NCBI GenBank assembly: GCA_051362555.1
Contig: CM120641.1
Span: 29,952,401 to 30,016,400, forward strand
DNA: 64,000 nt
Direction of reading: 5' to 3'
Source of the DNA: Lingula anatina
Lineage: Eukaryota > Animalia > Brachiopoda
Numbering within the stretch: the stretch's first letter is position 1; each line of letters starts with the position of its first letter. The position numbers and the translations under genes are program-made. Under the pieces are notes generated by a model, which saw only the letters and a program-made list of their open reading frames with translations, searched no databases and had not been told where the DNA came from. Shown one piece after another: positions 36,001 through 50,235 of the stretch.

Positions 36001-39000
36001 TGTTTTAATATGCCAGGATTTTGTGCTGTAGTCTTGCCATTTACTTTTTGATGGAGTTTTTTATAGACTTGGTGTGTATGTATATGCATGAAAGTAAACA
36101 AATAGATAAAATAAATATGAAATAAAATATGCTATGGTTTTGAAAAGCTTATTTGATATAAAGGCATTTTCATTCATGTTTGAAAAATCCTTAAGTCATA
36201 TTACTATTATCCTTCAAAAGTTGTCTTTTCCTCTTCATACCGTAGATCTGTAAAACCCTACTAAGTTATCTGAAACGGGGTGAATCATGCTTGAAATTGA
36301 TTATTTGAAGTGAGTGTCACAGTCATGTGAAAGTGATTGCTAGAGCAATCAAATCACTGTGGTAAAGCCGGGATGTTCATTTTCCCAAGTTTCGTAAAGT
36401 TATGTGCAATAAACATCTGTAAGTACCTCGAAAAGGAAAGATTTCTTAAATGAATGATGTTTTAAGCATTAAAGTTATTTGGGCCATTTGTTTGAAAGCC
36501 TCATGGATTGAAAGATTGAATTTTGCACAAAAATAGATCTTAACCTGGAGATGGAGATCAAGTTTTAAAACAAAGTAGTTTTTTACAGGAAGAAATAAGA
36601 AAAAAAATAAGGCAATTGACAAAGTCAATTTCCAGATTTTTTTTTTCTAAAAAGATGAAAACAGAAGTTGTTCACAAAACAATGTCATTTTGGTAGCATT
36701 CAAAAAGATGCTCTATATGTACACCACTTTTTTCAATGTACATAAGCTTGCCTGAAGGCTACTTACTGTGCCGTGCCCTGTAATAAGCAGTAAGGACCAG
36801 CTGGGGGGCCTTACACAATATTGTTGACCAGTCATGCAGTTTGTCTAATTGCCAATCAGTCTGTCCAACAACAAAATGAAACTAATTAATTGATCTCATT
36901 AGGGGTTAAGCACTTCCCAATATTTACCTGCCCCCTGCTTTGTGGTGCAGTGTGCCAGGCTCTGTGTGAATAAACACTGTCCAGATTAGTGGGAGGGGTG
37001 ATGGGGAGTGCAGCTTAACGAATAACACCAGGATAATTGATGGGAGATCTGCGACTACAGATAATACAGTCTTGATAGTATTTTATGTCTAGAGGAATAG
37101 GGAATAGAACAAGATGGATTTTGTTAGGATCTGGATGACTTAAATCTGATCATGTCAGGAGGTATTGCTGATAAACCCCTCAGAAATCTGTCAGGCTAGA
37201 ATATCTCCCTGGACAATTTTACAGAAGACACAGGAGCTGGAAGTAATGAATTCATACATTACTCAGACTTAATGTCTAGCCCTAATTAAAAGGAATCTGG
37301 AAAATTCTTTTATGGAAGCTTGTTAAAATGAAGCTATCTCTGCCTCTGTCAATATCCAGGTATAATAAATTCAGCAATCATACCCCATACCCCCATGTGT
37401 GGACTGGGCTAAGCCAGTGGTTGTTTAGGTTGTAAGAGAGTGTAGATTTACCAGATTTAAATCCCCCTAAACCTTTAGAAAATATTTTTGCTGCAGTTCA
37501 GTGATGTCCTAACAGTGGGACAGTGTTTTCAGATGTCAAATCCCACTGTTTGGCAGGCTTCACTATTTCCATTCTGGTATACGTAGGGGTATGGACAGTT
37601 TGACATTAGATACACTGTAATTTCATTGAGGAAAATAAACAGAAAACTTTTTATCTGTGCCTTAACTTAAGCAGTGACTCAACAGCAAGCTGATTGTGTA
37701 ACTAAAGTTAAAGTTGGTGGTTTACCACCTGTTGCTGTCGTAAAAATGTGGAGCAGTGGATAAGCCTCTTCTACTGGGCTTTTTTTCCCTTCTGCCTCGA
37801 AATAGATATTTCAATTTTAAAAGAAATAGACTATAAGTCTACATAGCAGAAGCTATTTGAGCACGCCCTTGATTGAATATACCCATGTTAATTTTGAGTG
37901 AAAAAATTTGAAATGAATTAACAAAGATGATATCACTACCAGTACACTTTTTTTAAAAAAAATTGCTGATCATTTGGTTAGTCATAGATATGGTAAATGG
38001 TTGTAAAGGAAGTTTACAGACTGTTTCTCACATACTGAACCATTTATATATTTTTTTTCATAAATAAATGAAAAAAAAACTTATTACCACATAAACCATG
38101 TGGAACATATCATGTAAAACTGAATTTCATTACTTTATTATGTCTTTCTGTGGATAGACTTCCATCTGATAATCCTGGGTCTTGTAAGTGGAAAACCTGT
38201 TGATCTCATTTGTGAGAGGGAGTTTGTTAAATTGCAGTTCCAGCTTTCCACTGCTGGTAGTGTTTACCTTCAATGGGAAGAATTTCCTCTGGTATTTCAG
38301 GGAAAGTGTACAGGCATGTGCACATGGGTTCTGCCTCCAGCAAATCCTGGAGTTACTGTAAGAATGAGAAATGTGTGTGTTTGTGTGTGTGTGTGGGGGG
38401 GGGGGGGATTTAAAACTCAAGAGCGTAAAAATCTTAATTAAGGGAAGAACTTATACTATTAGACTTCTGGAACAAAAGATTTAACTGTCATTATCAATTA
38501 ATAGTGAAAATACAGGGAATTTATTGCAGCAGACAATAGAATAAGCTGTTAAATTTCTCTTTTGATAATTCATGTATAAGATCTCTACCTATTGAGTATG
38601 GAAATCTATATTTATACACTTCCTGACAAATATTTACTTGTGACGATGATTGAAAACGTTTTGTGTGCACAGAAAGGTGCAGCAATATACTTTATGATTG
38701 CATTTTGATAAGATAGTCTGATGGTAAATACACTCTCCAACTTGTGGGTCAAGGTTATTTTATTTTTTTAACAGGATAAAAATTTATGTTCCACAGTAAA
38801 TGAACATTATTTTACATGTAAAACACAGAGCTGTGGTATAAGTGTAAGTTGTTGAAACTGGAACCAAATCAAAAGGGAAGCTTACATTAAGGGAATTCTA
38901 TAAAATATGCTAGACATTACTATCAACATATGTTTAGACAAGTTGACATCCTTCTTCTTAGCAAACTTTTTAAAGAAGCTGCCCAGATTTTGTGACAGTT

Positions 39001-41541
39001 GGTATACTGTGAGCTTTAACCACATATATGTATAAGCATTCTTTTTGGTAATGATGGTGCAGTGTATTCTCATTTCTCTAGGGTATGTATAATTGGAATT
39101 GCATAAGTGTAATAAAACTGCCTTGTAATAATCACTTTGTTACCTAACACAAAGGTGTCTTCAAGCCATACTTTATGGCACCATGTACCATCAGTCAGTA
39201 CTCTCAATTTTCATCAAAATAATTCATTTAAGCTCATACCATCTAAGAGAAAAAGTTGAATAATCCTGTGCTTGTTGATGATTTATTTGGGTCAAAATTA
39301 TTTTAGCTTCTTTATGAAGCAGTTTCGTAAGAGCATTCTTAGTCTTAACCATTAATATTTATGCATCAATTAATATTCTGCTAAATCTGGTCAGCTGTCA
39401 TGTTTGATTTACAGTCCTTTTGTCTTTTTTATATAGTGGACTGGTTAACAGTGTTAAGAAAAAGGGATGACGTTTGTTCTTCATGTTTGGGACACTATGA
39501 ATGTTGGATAACATTTGTTTTACTATAGTTTGAAAGAACTGACAAATAATCACTATTTTCTTTGTATGAAATGCCACAAATTTTAGTATTTTACCACAAA
39601 GAATGAAGTACAAGACACATCTGTGGCCTTTAAACATTTCTTAATATTTTTTTAAAGATCTACCTATGTTATGTTCTCTTCATGAGGTGTACTATGTTGA
39701 AAAGCATAAAGTCTGAAACATCTATTGGCCAGCCACCATAATATGAGTCAACAACTGAGAGGAAACAAATATTTACTTGATTTGCATGTGAATCTTACAG
39801 AGTACAAATATGATATCAAATATTCCATTTCCAATCCTTAAGTGGAGAGGTGCTTTTTCTTGAGCATGTTCTCAGTGTAGATTTAATATATTTTAAACCC
39901 CTCTTTAGGCTATGTTAGATGCTTATTTTTGGCTTTACAGTAGATGGAAAACTTCATAAGATGATAACACTTAGGAAGAGTTCAACTCCCCCTTCCATAT
40001 TATTTTCTTCTAAATTATTTCACAGGTGGTGGGTGGTGTATGGGTTGGTAAGATCCTGTTTCTAAACTGGAAACCTTGTCATTAGCTCGGTGTCATATGA
40101 TGCCTTCCCTCTTGCTAAATTTTGTTCTGGTGAGTAATTTAAGGAAAGCCATAATTATATTTATAGACTGTACCCCTATGATTTAATACAGATGGTAGGT
40201 GACAAATCCTTGATGTATCTGTAGAGTCTCAGTCAGCACTTGTTGAGTACAATGAGTGTTTTGTGACCAAGATAAAGTCTAGATCAGCTGATTGTGGGGT
40301 TCCTCATAAATATTGACTTCCATTTATCATCAGTATTTGATCTGGTTGGGGAAAGACCTAGGCTGGTAAATAGCACCCATGTGTAAATGTTTTCGCATTC
40401 AGAGTATGTACCCAGCAAAGATTTGTTCTTTGGTTTCCTAGCAACAACAACCACCGAAAATGTGGTTGGATTTTCCAGAGCTAAAAATAAATGGAATTGT
40501 ATAGGATTTACCCCCTGGTTAAATGACACAAGCCATAGGTAACAGCGGCTGTGTGGTGTTATTCATTTGTGGCATGCATTAGGATGGTGGAAGAAGTGAT
40601 TTGTGTTCTGACGTCATACCTCCTGCAAAAACATTGTTTTAAACATGTGACAGTCATAAGCCTGAAAAAAAAGTAATGACCTCACAGAACTTGTAAACAA
40701 AGTAATTGCCAAAAATAGCAAACATATACTAGAAAAACACATATTATCCTAGACGTTATTTAAAGGAATCCACAAGAGAATTGATAGATATATGTTATAC
40801 AAGTTGAGATTTTAATTTCTCACAGTTGAATTCCAAACTTTATTTCACATTTTGAATGATGGAAATGAAAAGCTCCAGAGTGTGGTAACACACATAATAG
40901 TTCAAAAAAGAACAAATTTACAAAATCTGCATATAAAGGACAGAACAACACTTTAAAATGTCATAATTGTTTCAGTGGTGGCCCGCCACTGATGCTCTTC
41001 TTTAATGTCTCAAGTCTGTCATACCATTTATGATACCTTGTCAGATTATGATGGCTACTGTGGTACACTGATTTATTCATTCAATGTGACATGGCCGACC
41101 TCACCAAGAAAACATAGATTATGATGAGGATAAAGAAGTATATTAGGACATTACTGCATAGATAAAGGCCACAATATATCTAAACACTTGGCGTTTCATT
41201 CACTTGTTTGTGTTACAATAGTGGAAAGTGAAATAAGTAAACTAGTATGTGACACAATATTATAAGAATTGCATAATATTTAAATGATGTTTGGAACTAA
41301 CATTATAATAAATGGGTTTATTTTTCATTAGTCTTTTGTAATTTTTTTTCAAGTGTGAGATAGTGGATTCCCTCTAGCTTACAGTTGATTTAACTGTTGT
41401 GTTTTGGTTCCATTATGTTAACTTTTAAAAAGAATGCCTCCAGAGCAACAATAGTCTCAGCCTGTTATTATGTACCACTTCCTTGTATACAAAGATTAAT
41501 GGTTGGGAGTTTCGACATGTTTATTTAAAATACTATATTCC

Positions 41542-42070
41542 TTTTTATGGACAGACACAATGTTTCTGGACATATAGCCAGCACCTTGGGCTGCCCTTGC
41601 TGTCACTGTTGCTATGCACTATTGCTTGTTAACACAATAAAAGAAAAATGTACTACCTATTCTATTCAAACCTACAGATATTATTCACAGGACTACATTA
41701 CAGTTCATGGGCAAAAACGAGCCTGATGGGATTGTTTTGGGAGATATTATTAAGTCTTTTTTAATGAAATTTTCATTTTTTATTACAGTATGGCATTTTC
41801 CTGGTCTGACTGACTTTGAGTTCTCCTGGGTATGAAGCCCTGTGCAAGTTTCATTTTCTGAAAGTCCACAGCAACAGTGGTATGTAATGAAAATTAGTAG
41901 TGATTAGGCTCAAACAGTACTGTATGATTGGGGTGATCAATCTGAATGTATATTTATTATTTTAGAAAATTATTTTTTTGTTGGCCCACATATTTAGAAA
42001 AAAAATGTTACATATGCTCTTTAACATTAATATTGAATCAAAATCGACAGAAAATGTTTAGTGCATTTTT
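41542..42070 (+). mobile_element. Degenerate HINE-like copy
   Basis: TTTTATGGACAGACACAATGTTTCTGGACATATAGCCA 5' hairpin; body has the GGCATTTTC...GACTTTGAGTTCTCC unit; right boundary approximate. Confidence 0.6.
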
Positions 42071-43505
42071 GTGGCAGTCATCAAATCTCATTCATCTTGA
42101 AAATAAAAAAAAGCTGCATAACCTACAGAGAGAAACCTCAAAAAAGATTGATTGCTGAAAAATACATTGTGAAATATTCATTTATAATTCTGTTTATTTT
42201 ACTTTGACAGAAGGCCCCTGGTAGAAACAGTCTGATGAAAGAGCATTTGCCACTGACATACCTGGTCTATCATCCCTGCAAGGTGAACTTCAGAGCTATC
42301 TATCAGTAGGAAAGGTTAAACAATGAGGAAAATCAGGAATAGGTTGCTGAAGGTATCATGCATGAGGCTTGCCAGTATCACTGTCTCCTAGCAACAGGAG
42401 TCCTTGGAGGTTAACGGGAGCCAGACTGGAGAAGGGCCCCTTGAGTTGCATTGAACAGAAATATTCTTCTGAAGCTAGTCACATGAGTTTGCCAAACAAG
42501 AGGCCCTGGTTGAGGTGGGTAAAATATGCCAGAGTGATTTCATACGTACATTCATACATACAAACATTATAACATGTGCACGCACGCATGCACACACACA
42601 CATATATAAAATGGAGAATGAACTGAATATGGGAGTTCTAAAAAGACGGAACTAACAGTGGTGCAAACATTGAAAACATGAGCTCTGTAATGTAGGAAAT
42701 GGAGCCCGTGTATATAAACAGGGGGAAAGTTCATCCCATTCCCACGCTTTATAACCCATATGACTTGAGACATGCCCAGTGTGGATCTTGACATCCAGCA
42801 CAGATATATAGCTCTTACTTCAAGATGTTTCAATAAATCAAAGAAACTATTGCAGCGGCAGGGCTCTGGTTACTTCCGTTTTAGTTTCTTTAGAAAAATT
42901 TAACCTTAAATTAGTTGTAAGCAGTGTCCAGGATCAATATGTTAGAATGTGCAGTGCTTGCTGTGAAGAATGGTTTCTATCCATAAACAAGTGTTGGAAA
43001 GTTCCTTTCCAGTTAGCAGGCTTGGTTTATTCCAGATTGTCAATTTATCATCCAGTTTAGCTTTCCCTTTCATTTGTCATGAAAGATCAAAAAGAAAAAT
43101 CACACAAAAACACATGCGGTGCCAGGACTGAATTTAACAGCAGTAGCTAGCTCATCAGTTCTTTGCAATGAGTGCAAACATTCATCCTGCCACTTGACAT
43201 TCTTCTTACACTGACTTGTAGTTGGCAGTTCACTTTCATTACATGTGCTCTCCATCTCTTCATATGATATACTTCTCTCCATTAAATAAGTGATGCCAAC
43301 TTGACTGTTTATCTGTACAAAATTTCTCTATCCGATGATATGTAACAAATTAAAAATGAATAATTCCGTGGAAGCATTTACTTGTATTTGATTTGTACTT
43401 ACCCATATGAATTTATGTGTGATTGATCTAAGGGGATGATGAAAAATACCAGCACGAAATAGAAGTAGATAAATATCGAGTCATTTTCCGTAAAAAAAAA
43501 CAACA

Positions 43506-43750
43506 TTTTTTTATATACAGACATTTAGGGTCTGCACACGTAGGGGTCAATGTCAATATAGTCAATGTCAGGGGTGGCATCAGCATTGCTGTGTACTTTT
43601 ATAGAAAACATGATAAGTGGAAAACCATTTGACCTTTTGCCTTCAAACATACACCACTGATGAATATTAGTAACATACAGGTCAGGTTTAAAAATCAGCT
43701 TGATCAGACCATTTTTCTAGAAGTAATACTTTTTTTCGCACATTTTGAAA
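43506..43750 (+). mobile_element. Degenerate HINE-like 5' part
   Basis: GATAAGTGGAAAA...CTGATGAATATT...CAGGTCAGGTTTAAAAATCAGCTTGA matches 28360-28460. Confidence 0.65.
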
Positions 43751-46700
43751 ATTAAATGCTAAATATTTCCCAAATCAAAGGAATTATGGGAAAAGTTACT
43801 ATAGAATTCTGACCAAAAGTCATATATGAAGATTTTGAATATGACCTTAGATTTGACCTTTGGCCTATATTTAAAGTCAGATTGGACTAATATTTTAATT
43901 TTAAAGTTTAACATAATTAATAATACTGTGTGAATTATGTCGAATTAAATAAACTGTTATCTTGTTAGATATCTGATGAAGTTACTCGCTGTTATAGATT
44001 AGATTAACTCTTTAAAACTATAGGTTTCTCATCCTAAACACCTGCTGCCATGAATACAGACTGTTAATTTTCCACATTACAATATTTTTCCTGTATATAT
44101 CACCATCACATTCGCAATACATGATTTTGTTTTAATATCATTTAGGTATATCGCTTGACCGTAACTGATAACAAGATATTCCTTGCTAAATGGATTTCTT
44201 TCAGTTTTATTTATGTTTGTAAATTGCACATAACATTTAAACGTAGGTTGGGAGTTAATGTCCTGTGTACACGTGAAAACTAAGAAAACACAATTTTTTT
44301 TCATAACTTTTTAGCGGCATCAGGAATTAAATGTATGCTGTATGTACTACTATCAAGAATTTGCTCTATATACCTGATATATATACTCCTCTAACACACA
44401 TGTTGGGAAATAACAGGCAAATGATAGAAATGAAATAATAGTACAAGGATCCATGTTTATATGTGTATATTCAAAATAGGAAACAGGTTATTGCACATGA
44501 AATCCATACACTAAATGATAGAGCATAAAATAGTTAAAAGTGCTTCTCTGGACATGCAAGTGATACCATTGCATTTAAGCACAGCTATCGCTTCAATAAC
44601 CTCTTTCGGAGTAAAAAGCATTTGGAATCACGGACCTTCTACCCATGGAATATCAGGCACTCAGAGCAGCAGTCAATTTTGAACTTGGCTCCTACAGTCT
44701 TCAGAATATTGGAACATGCAAAGTTTTTTGTGTATATATGTATGAGCAACAATGTTCATCAGCTTGGTAGTTGGATCATATAGTAAAAATAATGCTAAGG
44801 TTACCAAACACAAGCTAATTTTTTTTTTTTTTTTTTACCATTGCTAGTTTACCGCCTTCATCAGACGATAATGGATACCAGGAAATGAGCATTTCACAAG
44901 TTAGAAGATATTCCTAAGTAACATAGCCATTTGTTTCCTGGCTGCAGCAGTGTGATAAAGAACTTGGTTTATTCTTGGATGTTGTGGTTGAGTGTTGTGC
45001 TAGCCAAGGCAGTGGAGATCAAGTTCCTTTTTTTGTACCAAAATGCATGTTTTGTGTCAGTTTGTACAGCAGGCATGTCATTGTTGATTATTCTCTTTGA
45101 CACAGATAGAAAAGGCTCTCCTTACTGTAAAATGGAATGGTCCAGCTAGATGGAGTAATGCTCATAAGCTGAGTTCTTAAAATGGAATTAAATAGGATGA
45201 TTAAGGAGATGACTAAAATGGATTTTTAATATAAAAATTAAAAAAAAATATAGATAATGATTATTATCTGCCTACATTAGGTCCTTTGTCATATCATTTA
45301 TTCTTTTTAGCACATCATTTTTTTATTGAATAACACCACTATGAGATTCATAAAAGAATTAATAATAGTAAAAAGAAAAGCCTTATCATAACTATTATAG
45401 ACAAAAACCTAACATTATCAGTGTCCTTACCTCTTGTAGTATGTTATATATTTTGATTACAGCAAGATTATGCACTCAAGTAATTTGCTTATAGTCTAGG
45501 ATTGGCGCCTTTGGTCTTCCAAAAACAAGAAGAAGATACCAGATTGTTGTTTCTGTCCTCTGTTTTGTTGATATTTTACACTCAGTCAAAATAGCACCAT
45601 TGATAATGTATGTCAATAGAAATATTGTATGTTATGACTGAAAAATGTTAATGTTATGGTACCATCGGAGGTAATTATATCATAATGTTTTTAGTGTTAA
45701 AGGGCAGACCAGTCATTTACAAAAGAAGTTAGCCAAGTTATTTGACAGGCTTTCTAAGGTTATTCTGTAGGTAATGACCATCAGCCATTGTTTTGTTAAG
45801 CAGATATACTACATTATTGCTCACTAACATTAGCTTTCTTAAATTAAAATCAAAGCTTTGAGGGAAGTATGTCCATTTACAATCCATTTTTCTCCCCCCC
45901 CCCCCCCCCCTTCTTCCCAATGGTTTTGTTACAAGCCTGATTACTTATTAATTATCAAAATTTCTGGTCTCCTCTTAGGTTTCCTCTTATTTGTTACTTT
46001 TTTACTAAAGGGGCACTGTTGGTTTAATAAGGTGTGCCAAAGGTTAAATCTCACTGTGGGCATTTGGGACTTACAGGTGGTATTTAGAAATCACACTGTC
46101 TGCCTAAAGAAAAGGCTCTGTCTAATGGTGTTAAGATTTGAGATTGGCTTGGCAAAACAGTAGGGGCTACAGAGTGCTTTTTCATGCCAGATAGGCGGAC
46201 AGAGTGCATTTCAGTTACTGCAGTTTTTCTTTTCATAATTACTTAATTATCTGTTGTAAGTTGACAGAATATTGATTTTGGTGTGTATTTTAAAAAAATC
46301 TGGCCATGATTTGTCTTTGTAGTATATCAGAATAAAAAATATATATAGTGGATTGAATAAGTTGCTAGATATTCGTGGGCAATTTCAACACACTACTTCC
46401 ACAGTGGGATCTTACCAAGTGTTTTTACCATTTCATCTTAAAGTTATAAGTCATGCCATCTGACCCACTCTTCTACATTTTCAAACAATGCAGTGATAAA
46501 TTTTTGGCAGCTGGAAAATGTTGCTGAGCTTGTGTCCTCAATTGTAAAGATGCTGTTGAATGAAATAAGAAGGGCTTTCGTGACCTGCATCTTTCTGGGA
46601 AAATGCTGTGAAAGAGTTTAAGAAATGATGATTGAGGTGGAATGCCATTTCTTGGCCTGACAAGCTATGGCTGTTTTATCTCAAACTGGAGCCGGCAAAG

Positions 46701-48251
46701 TGGCATTTGCATTACACAATTGGTCATGCCATGCACAAGTTACAGTGGTTTCTTTGCAGTTTTTACTCTAGGTTTAATTATAGCAGCCACATGGAAGCTA
46801 AAACAGTTGCCAAATGGAATTGGAGCAGAACAGTCTTTTATAATCAGATGATGGGGAATTTGAGACTTGTGTACTGTTTTATATTTAAAAAAACTTCATC
46901 ACACTTTAAGTAAGCTTGAATATTGGGAGTAGGATTTCTTGGGAATGTAAATTCTCTGATCTTTTTAAATGTTGGAGGTAATAAGTTTGGTATGTGATGA
47001 TAATCAACACTTCTAATTAAAGTTTGTATGGAAGAAAGAGCAAAAATTCTGTGAATGAATGTCAGGAAGTGTAAATAACTCTGGTTCCACATGATCCTGG
47101 GAAAATAGAGTGGTGTCTTGGGTTTCTAATGTTTGTATATTTAACTGAGTTAAAAGGTTCTTGACCAGGTGCTGTGATTTATTCACCTGTTTGATAGAGC
47201 TGCTCTTGATTTGATACAAACTGAGAAATAAGAGCTTCTTTGTTTTTGGACATGAGATTTGATAAGGTTGATTGAATTCAATGCCCAATTCTACTGTTGG
47301 TTTCAGTTGAAAATCTTTGTCTTGAGGCAGTTGTGTTTCTTAGGGGAGTTCTGTTTCTTCAGGCTCTGATCTCTTTGTCAAGCTGTCCACGGCCCAATAT
47401 AAGGTGAGCACAGGAAAAAGCAAAGTTCATTGAAAAACATCATATACAACTGCTTAACTTTAATATCCAGTTTCAGAGGAGTGGGCCTTTACTAGGAGGC
47501 CAAGACCAGACAGTTTTCTTTCTACCTAAACTATCCAGACAGGATATCTCATAACACGCTTAGGTGACAGATATAGGCATTATTAATAATCTGGTATTAA
47601 ACTCTGACATTGGTTTGGTATCATGTGGGTCTTTCAGATTATGTCATAAGAGACCTTTTCTTGAGTACAGGATCTGCTTATCAGACTACCATAAAACATT
47701 GCTATGTGGGGATGTTGCTAGAACTAATAGTCTTTTTGGAAATGGTAATTACTACTAGGAAGTGAATCAAAAATTTTTCTTGGCAAGGTAAATCAGCAGT
47801 TATCTTTTGACTTTGAAGGTATTACAACTATTCGTATGAGATTCATATTTTACAATAAATGCATTGAAAACAACTCAAAGAATTATTTAAATTCCATTTT
47901 AACACAAAAACAATGGTTATCTCAATTATTCTGGAATATGTGCTTGCCATCAGACCATGTGGACCAGATGGCTATACCTCTGTAATAATCTCTGTAATAA
48001 TCTCTTAAGTGATTATTACAAAAAAAAAAAATCTTTTTAGAAAAAATTGTGACTAAGTTTGAATGTTGGATTTTTGGGCCAGAATAAACAGTTGCTATCT
48101 CTTTACTATGCCTACATAATTGTCAAAATCTTAAGTTTATATTTAAAGGGGAAACATGTTTAAAATGCTATGTGCCATCATGAGGACAACTAGAATATAT
48201 GAATTTACATGCTCTTGGAGAGCCACACTAAAAAATGGGACATTAATTTAA

Positions 48252-48625
48252 AGGTACATACGAACCGAGCATCGGTGGAGTGTGTATTCCCAGTAACACA
48301 TGTAAACCACTTCTACTAGATTCTTATATGACTCAAATAAATTCGACATGCCAAGGGATAAACTGAATAAATCACTCGATCAGCCATAAAAGACCTTTAG
48401 ACTGCTCCTTTCTTTAAATTTTTGGTTGTAAATTTAACCTACTTTCGTGACCTACTTTCCTGGCCCATTGACATCCAGCTTAGAATGCCAGCAGAAAAAT
48501 CCGTTCAAACATCATTTCATAAAATTAAACAATGCCTTTTGGTAATTCTCTTAGTTATACTACTTGAAACTATATGCTGGCATTTGGTTGGTTTTTGTGA
48601 CAAAAAATTGACTTTGTATGCATCT
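48252..48625. mobile_element. Kolobok-like MITE (374 bp), TTAA TSD
   Basis: TTAA|AGGTACATACGAA...TTTGTATGCATCT|TTAA; AG...CT termini with imperfect ~13-bp TIR. Confidence 0.8.
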
Positions 48626-48641
48626 TTAAACTTAATTTGAA

Positions 48642-48927
48642 CAGGCCTTGTAAATAGAATAGGCGTTTGTGAACTCGAACATAAGATTTGCAAGCACAAA
48701 TGCCCAAATTTATGACTCAAGCCACGAATTAAGTACCCCAACGTAAAATAAGTAGCTACGAGCAAAAACCATAAGTCCTCTTGTCTACCCGTTTGGTACA
48801 TTCTATATGAGTTTGTCGAGAGTGCATTGCTGCCGAATTAATATGCGGATAGTAGAATATACAAATACATTAGTTTTGTCTGTTTTGGGACTTTTTATGT
48901 TTTTTTTTATTTATTTTTTCATTTATT

Positions 48928-48982
<55 letters not shown>

Positions 48983-49386
48983 TTTGTTTGTTTGTTTATT
49001 TTTCAGATATTATAAATACATGAATACAGATAAAGCTTTAGCCCCTTCATTGGGCCTCTCTCCTCAAAGACATAAAGGAGAGAAAATGTCACTCTTTTAT
49101 GATTAGGAATCTCCGAAAGCTCTAACGTGCTGTTTCTTGTATGTTCCGCCACATTCAATGTAATCTTGGATTGAAAAAAAAAAGAACCTATATGTAACGG
49201 GAGTATACAGCCAGAGATCTGGTTGGAGGCTGACCAAATTGTTCGTGTGGTTTGCTTTGCTCATGGCTACCAATTTTACATTGGAGTACTTAATTCATAG
49301 CTTGAGTCATGAATTTGGGCATTTGTGCTCCAAAATCTAAGGCTTCAGTTGTGAAAGCAAACAGCAGTAATCGTTTATGAGGCCTG
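48642..49386. mobile_element. MITE with long diverged TIRs (~125 bp) containing a (TTTA)n tract
   Basis: CAGGCCT...AGCACAAATGCCCAAATTTATGACTCAAGCCACGAATTAAGTAC is inverted at 49240-49386; flanks TGAA/TTAA. Confidence 0.8.
48907..49000. repeat. (TTTA)n/(TTTG)n microsatellite
   Basis: Direct reading. Confidence 0.95.
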
Positions 49387-49580
49387 TTAAACAGAGCAAA
49401 AATCTTTGGGGCATGATTCCCACACTCTTCATCTAGCTAGTTAAGCATGTTTAGTCCAGTGGGACCAGTTGTAGCAATTCATCAGAGTGTCACACTAGTT
49501 CCTTATGGCGTAGGGGATGTTTTCACATTGATGAATGCTATGCCAGGATAGCTCATGTAGAAACTGGAGCTTGTCATTTT

Positions 49581-50120
49581 GGGTACATAGCTATATTCCG
49601 AGGGTCCGTTGTTTGTTAGGTCCGTTGTTGTGAAGGCCTCTGGTTCCGAGGGGCTGCTGTTCCGAAGGACCATTGATCCGAGAATCCGCTATTCCGGACC
49701 CATATGTATATGAATATATTAGCCTAAGTGCAGACACCAAAATGGTGCAGGAGAGAGAAGAAAATAAGGTGAAGATGTGTAAATTTAAAAGAACGAAGAA
49801 CTTAAGAAAATAATTAAGCGAAAGTGGAGTTCATTTACAATCCTGCATGAATAACATCAAATTAATTTTTTTTTTTTTTGGGGGGGGGGGTTCTATCAGC
49901 ATCACTGTGTACAAGTAAAAAAAAAAAACAATTTGACATTGCAAGCAGTGAAACTGCTACAGTTTGAGACCTCATACAATCTCCATTAATTTCAACAACA
50001 ATGTCATGGCAGTTAATAACTTCTTTGGGAATAAGGGATCTTCGGACTAAGAAGCATTCGGACCCTCTACCTTCGAAATATTGGGCCCTCGAAACAGTGG
50101 TCAATATACAAAATTGGCTC
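49581..50120 (+). mobile_element. GGG-TAGCTATATT family element with 16-bp subterminal repeats
   Basis: GGGTACATAGCTATATTCCGAGGGTCCGTTG... tandem subrepeats at 49590-49700; inverted-type subrepeats at 50025-50100 match 32680-32750. Confidence 0.65.
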
Positions 50121-50181
50121 CTACAGTATTTGGGTGTTAGGACCATATACACTCGATCAAAAACCAAAAAAGTTAAAATTT

Positions 50182-50183
<2 letters not shown>

Positions 50184-50234
<51 letters not shown>
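50184..50234. repeat. Poly-T run (51 nt)
   Basis: Direct reading. Confidence 0.95.

Positions 50235-50235
<1 letters not shown>

Noticed and set aside
37511-37550. AACAGTGGGA...TCCCACTGTT hairpin as a pre-miRNA
   Set aside because: Only a 10-bp stem with a 20-nt loop; too short, and no known mature miRNA recognised.
48807-49106. ORF with FIYL repeats
   Set aside because: Translation of a (TTTA)n microsatellite inside a MITE.
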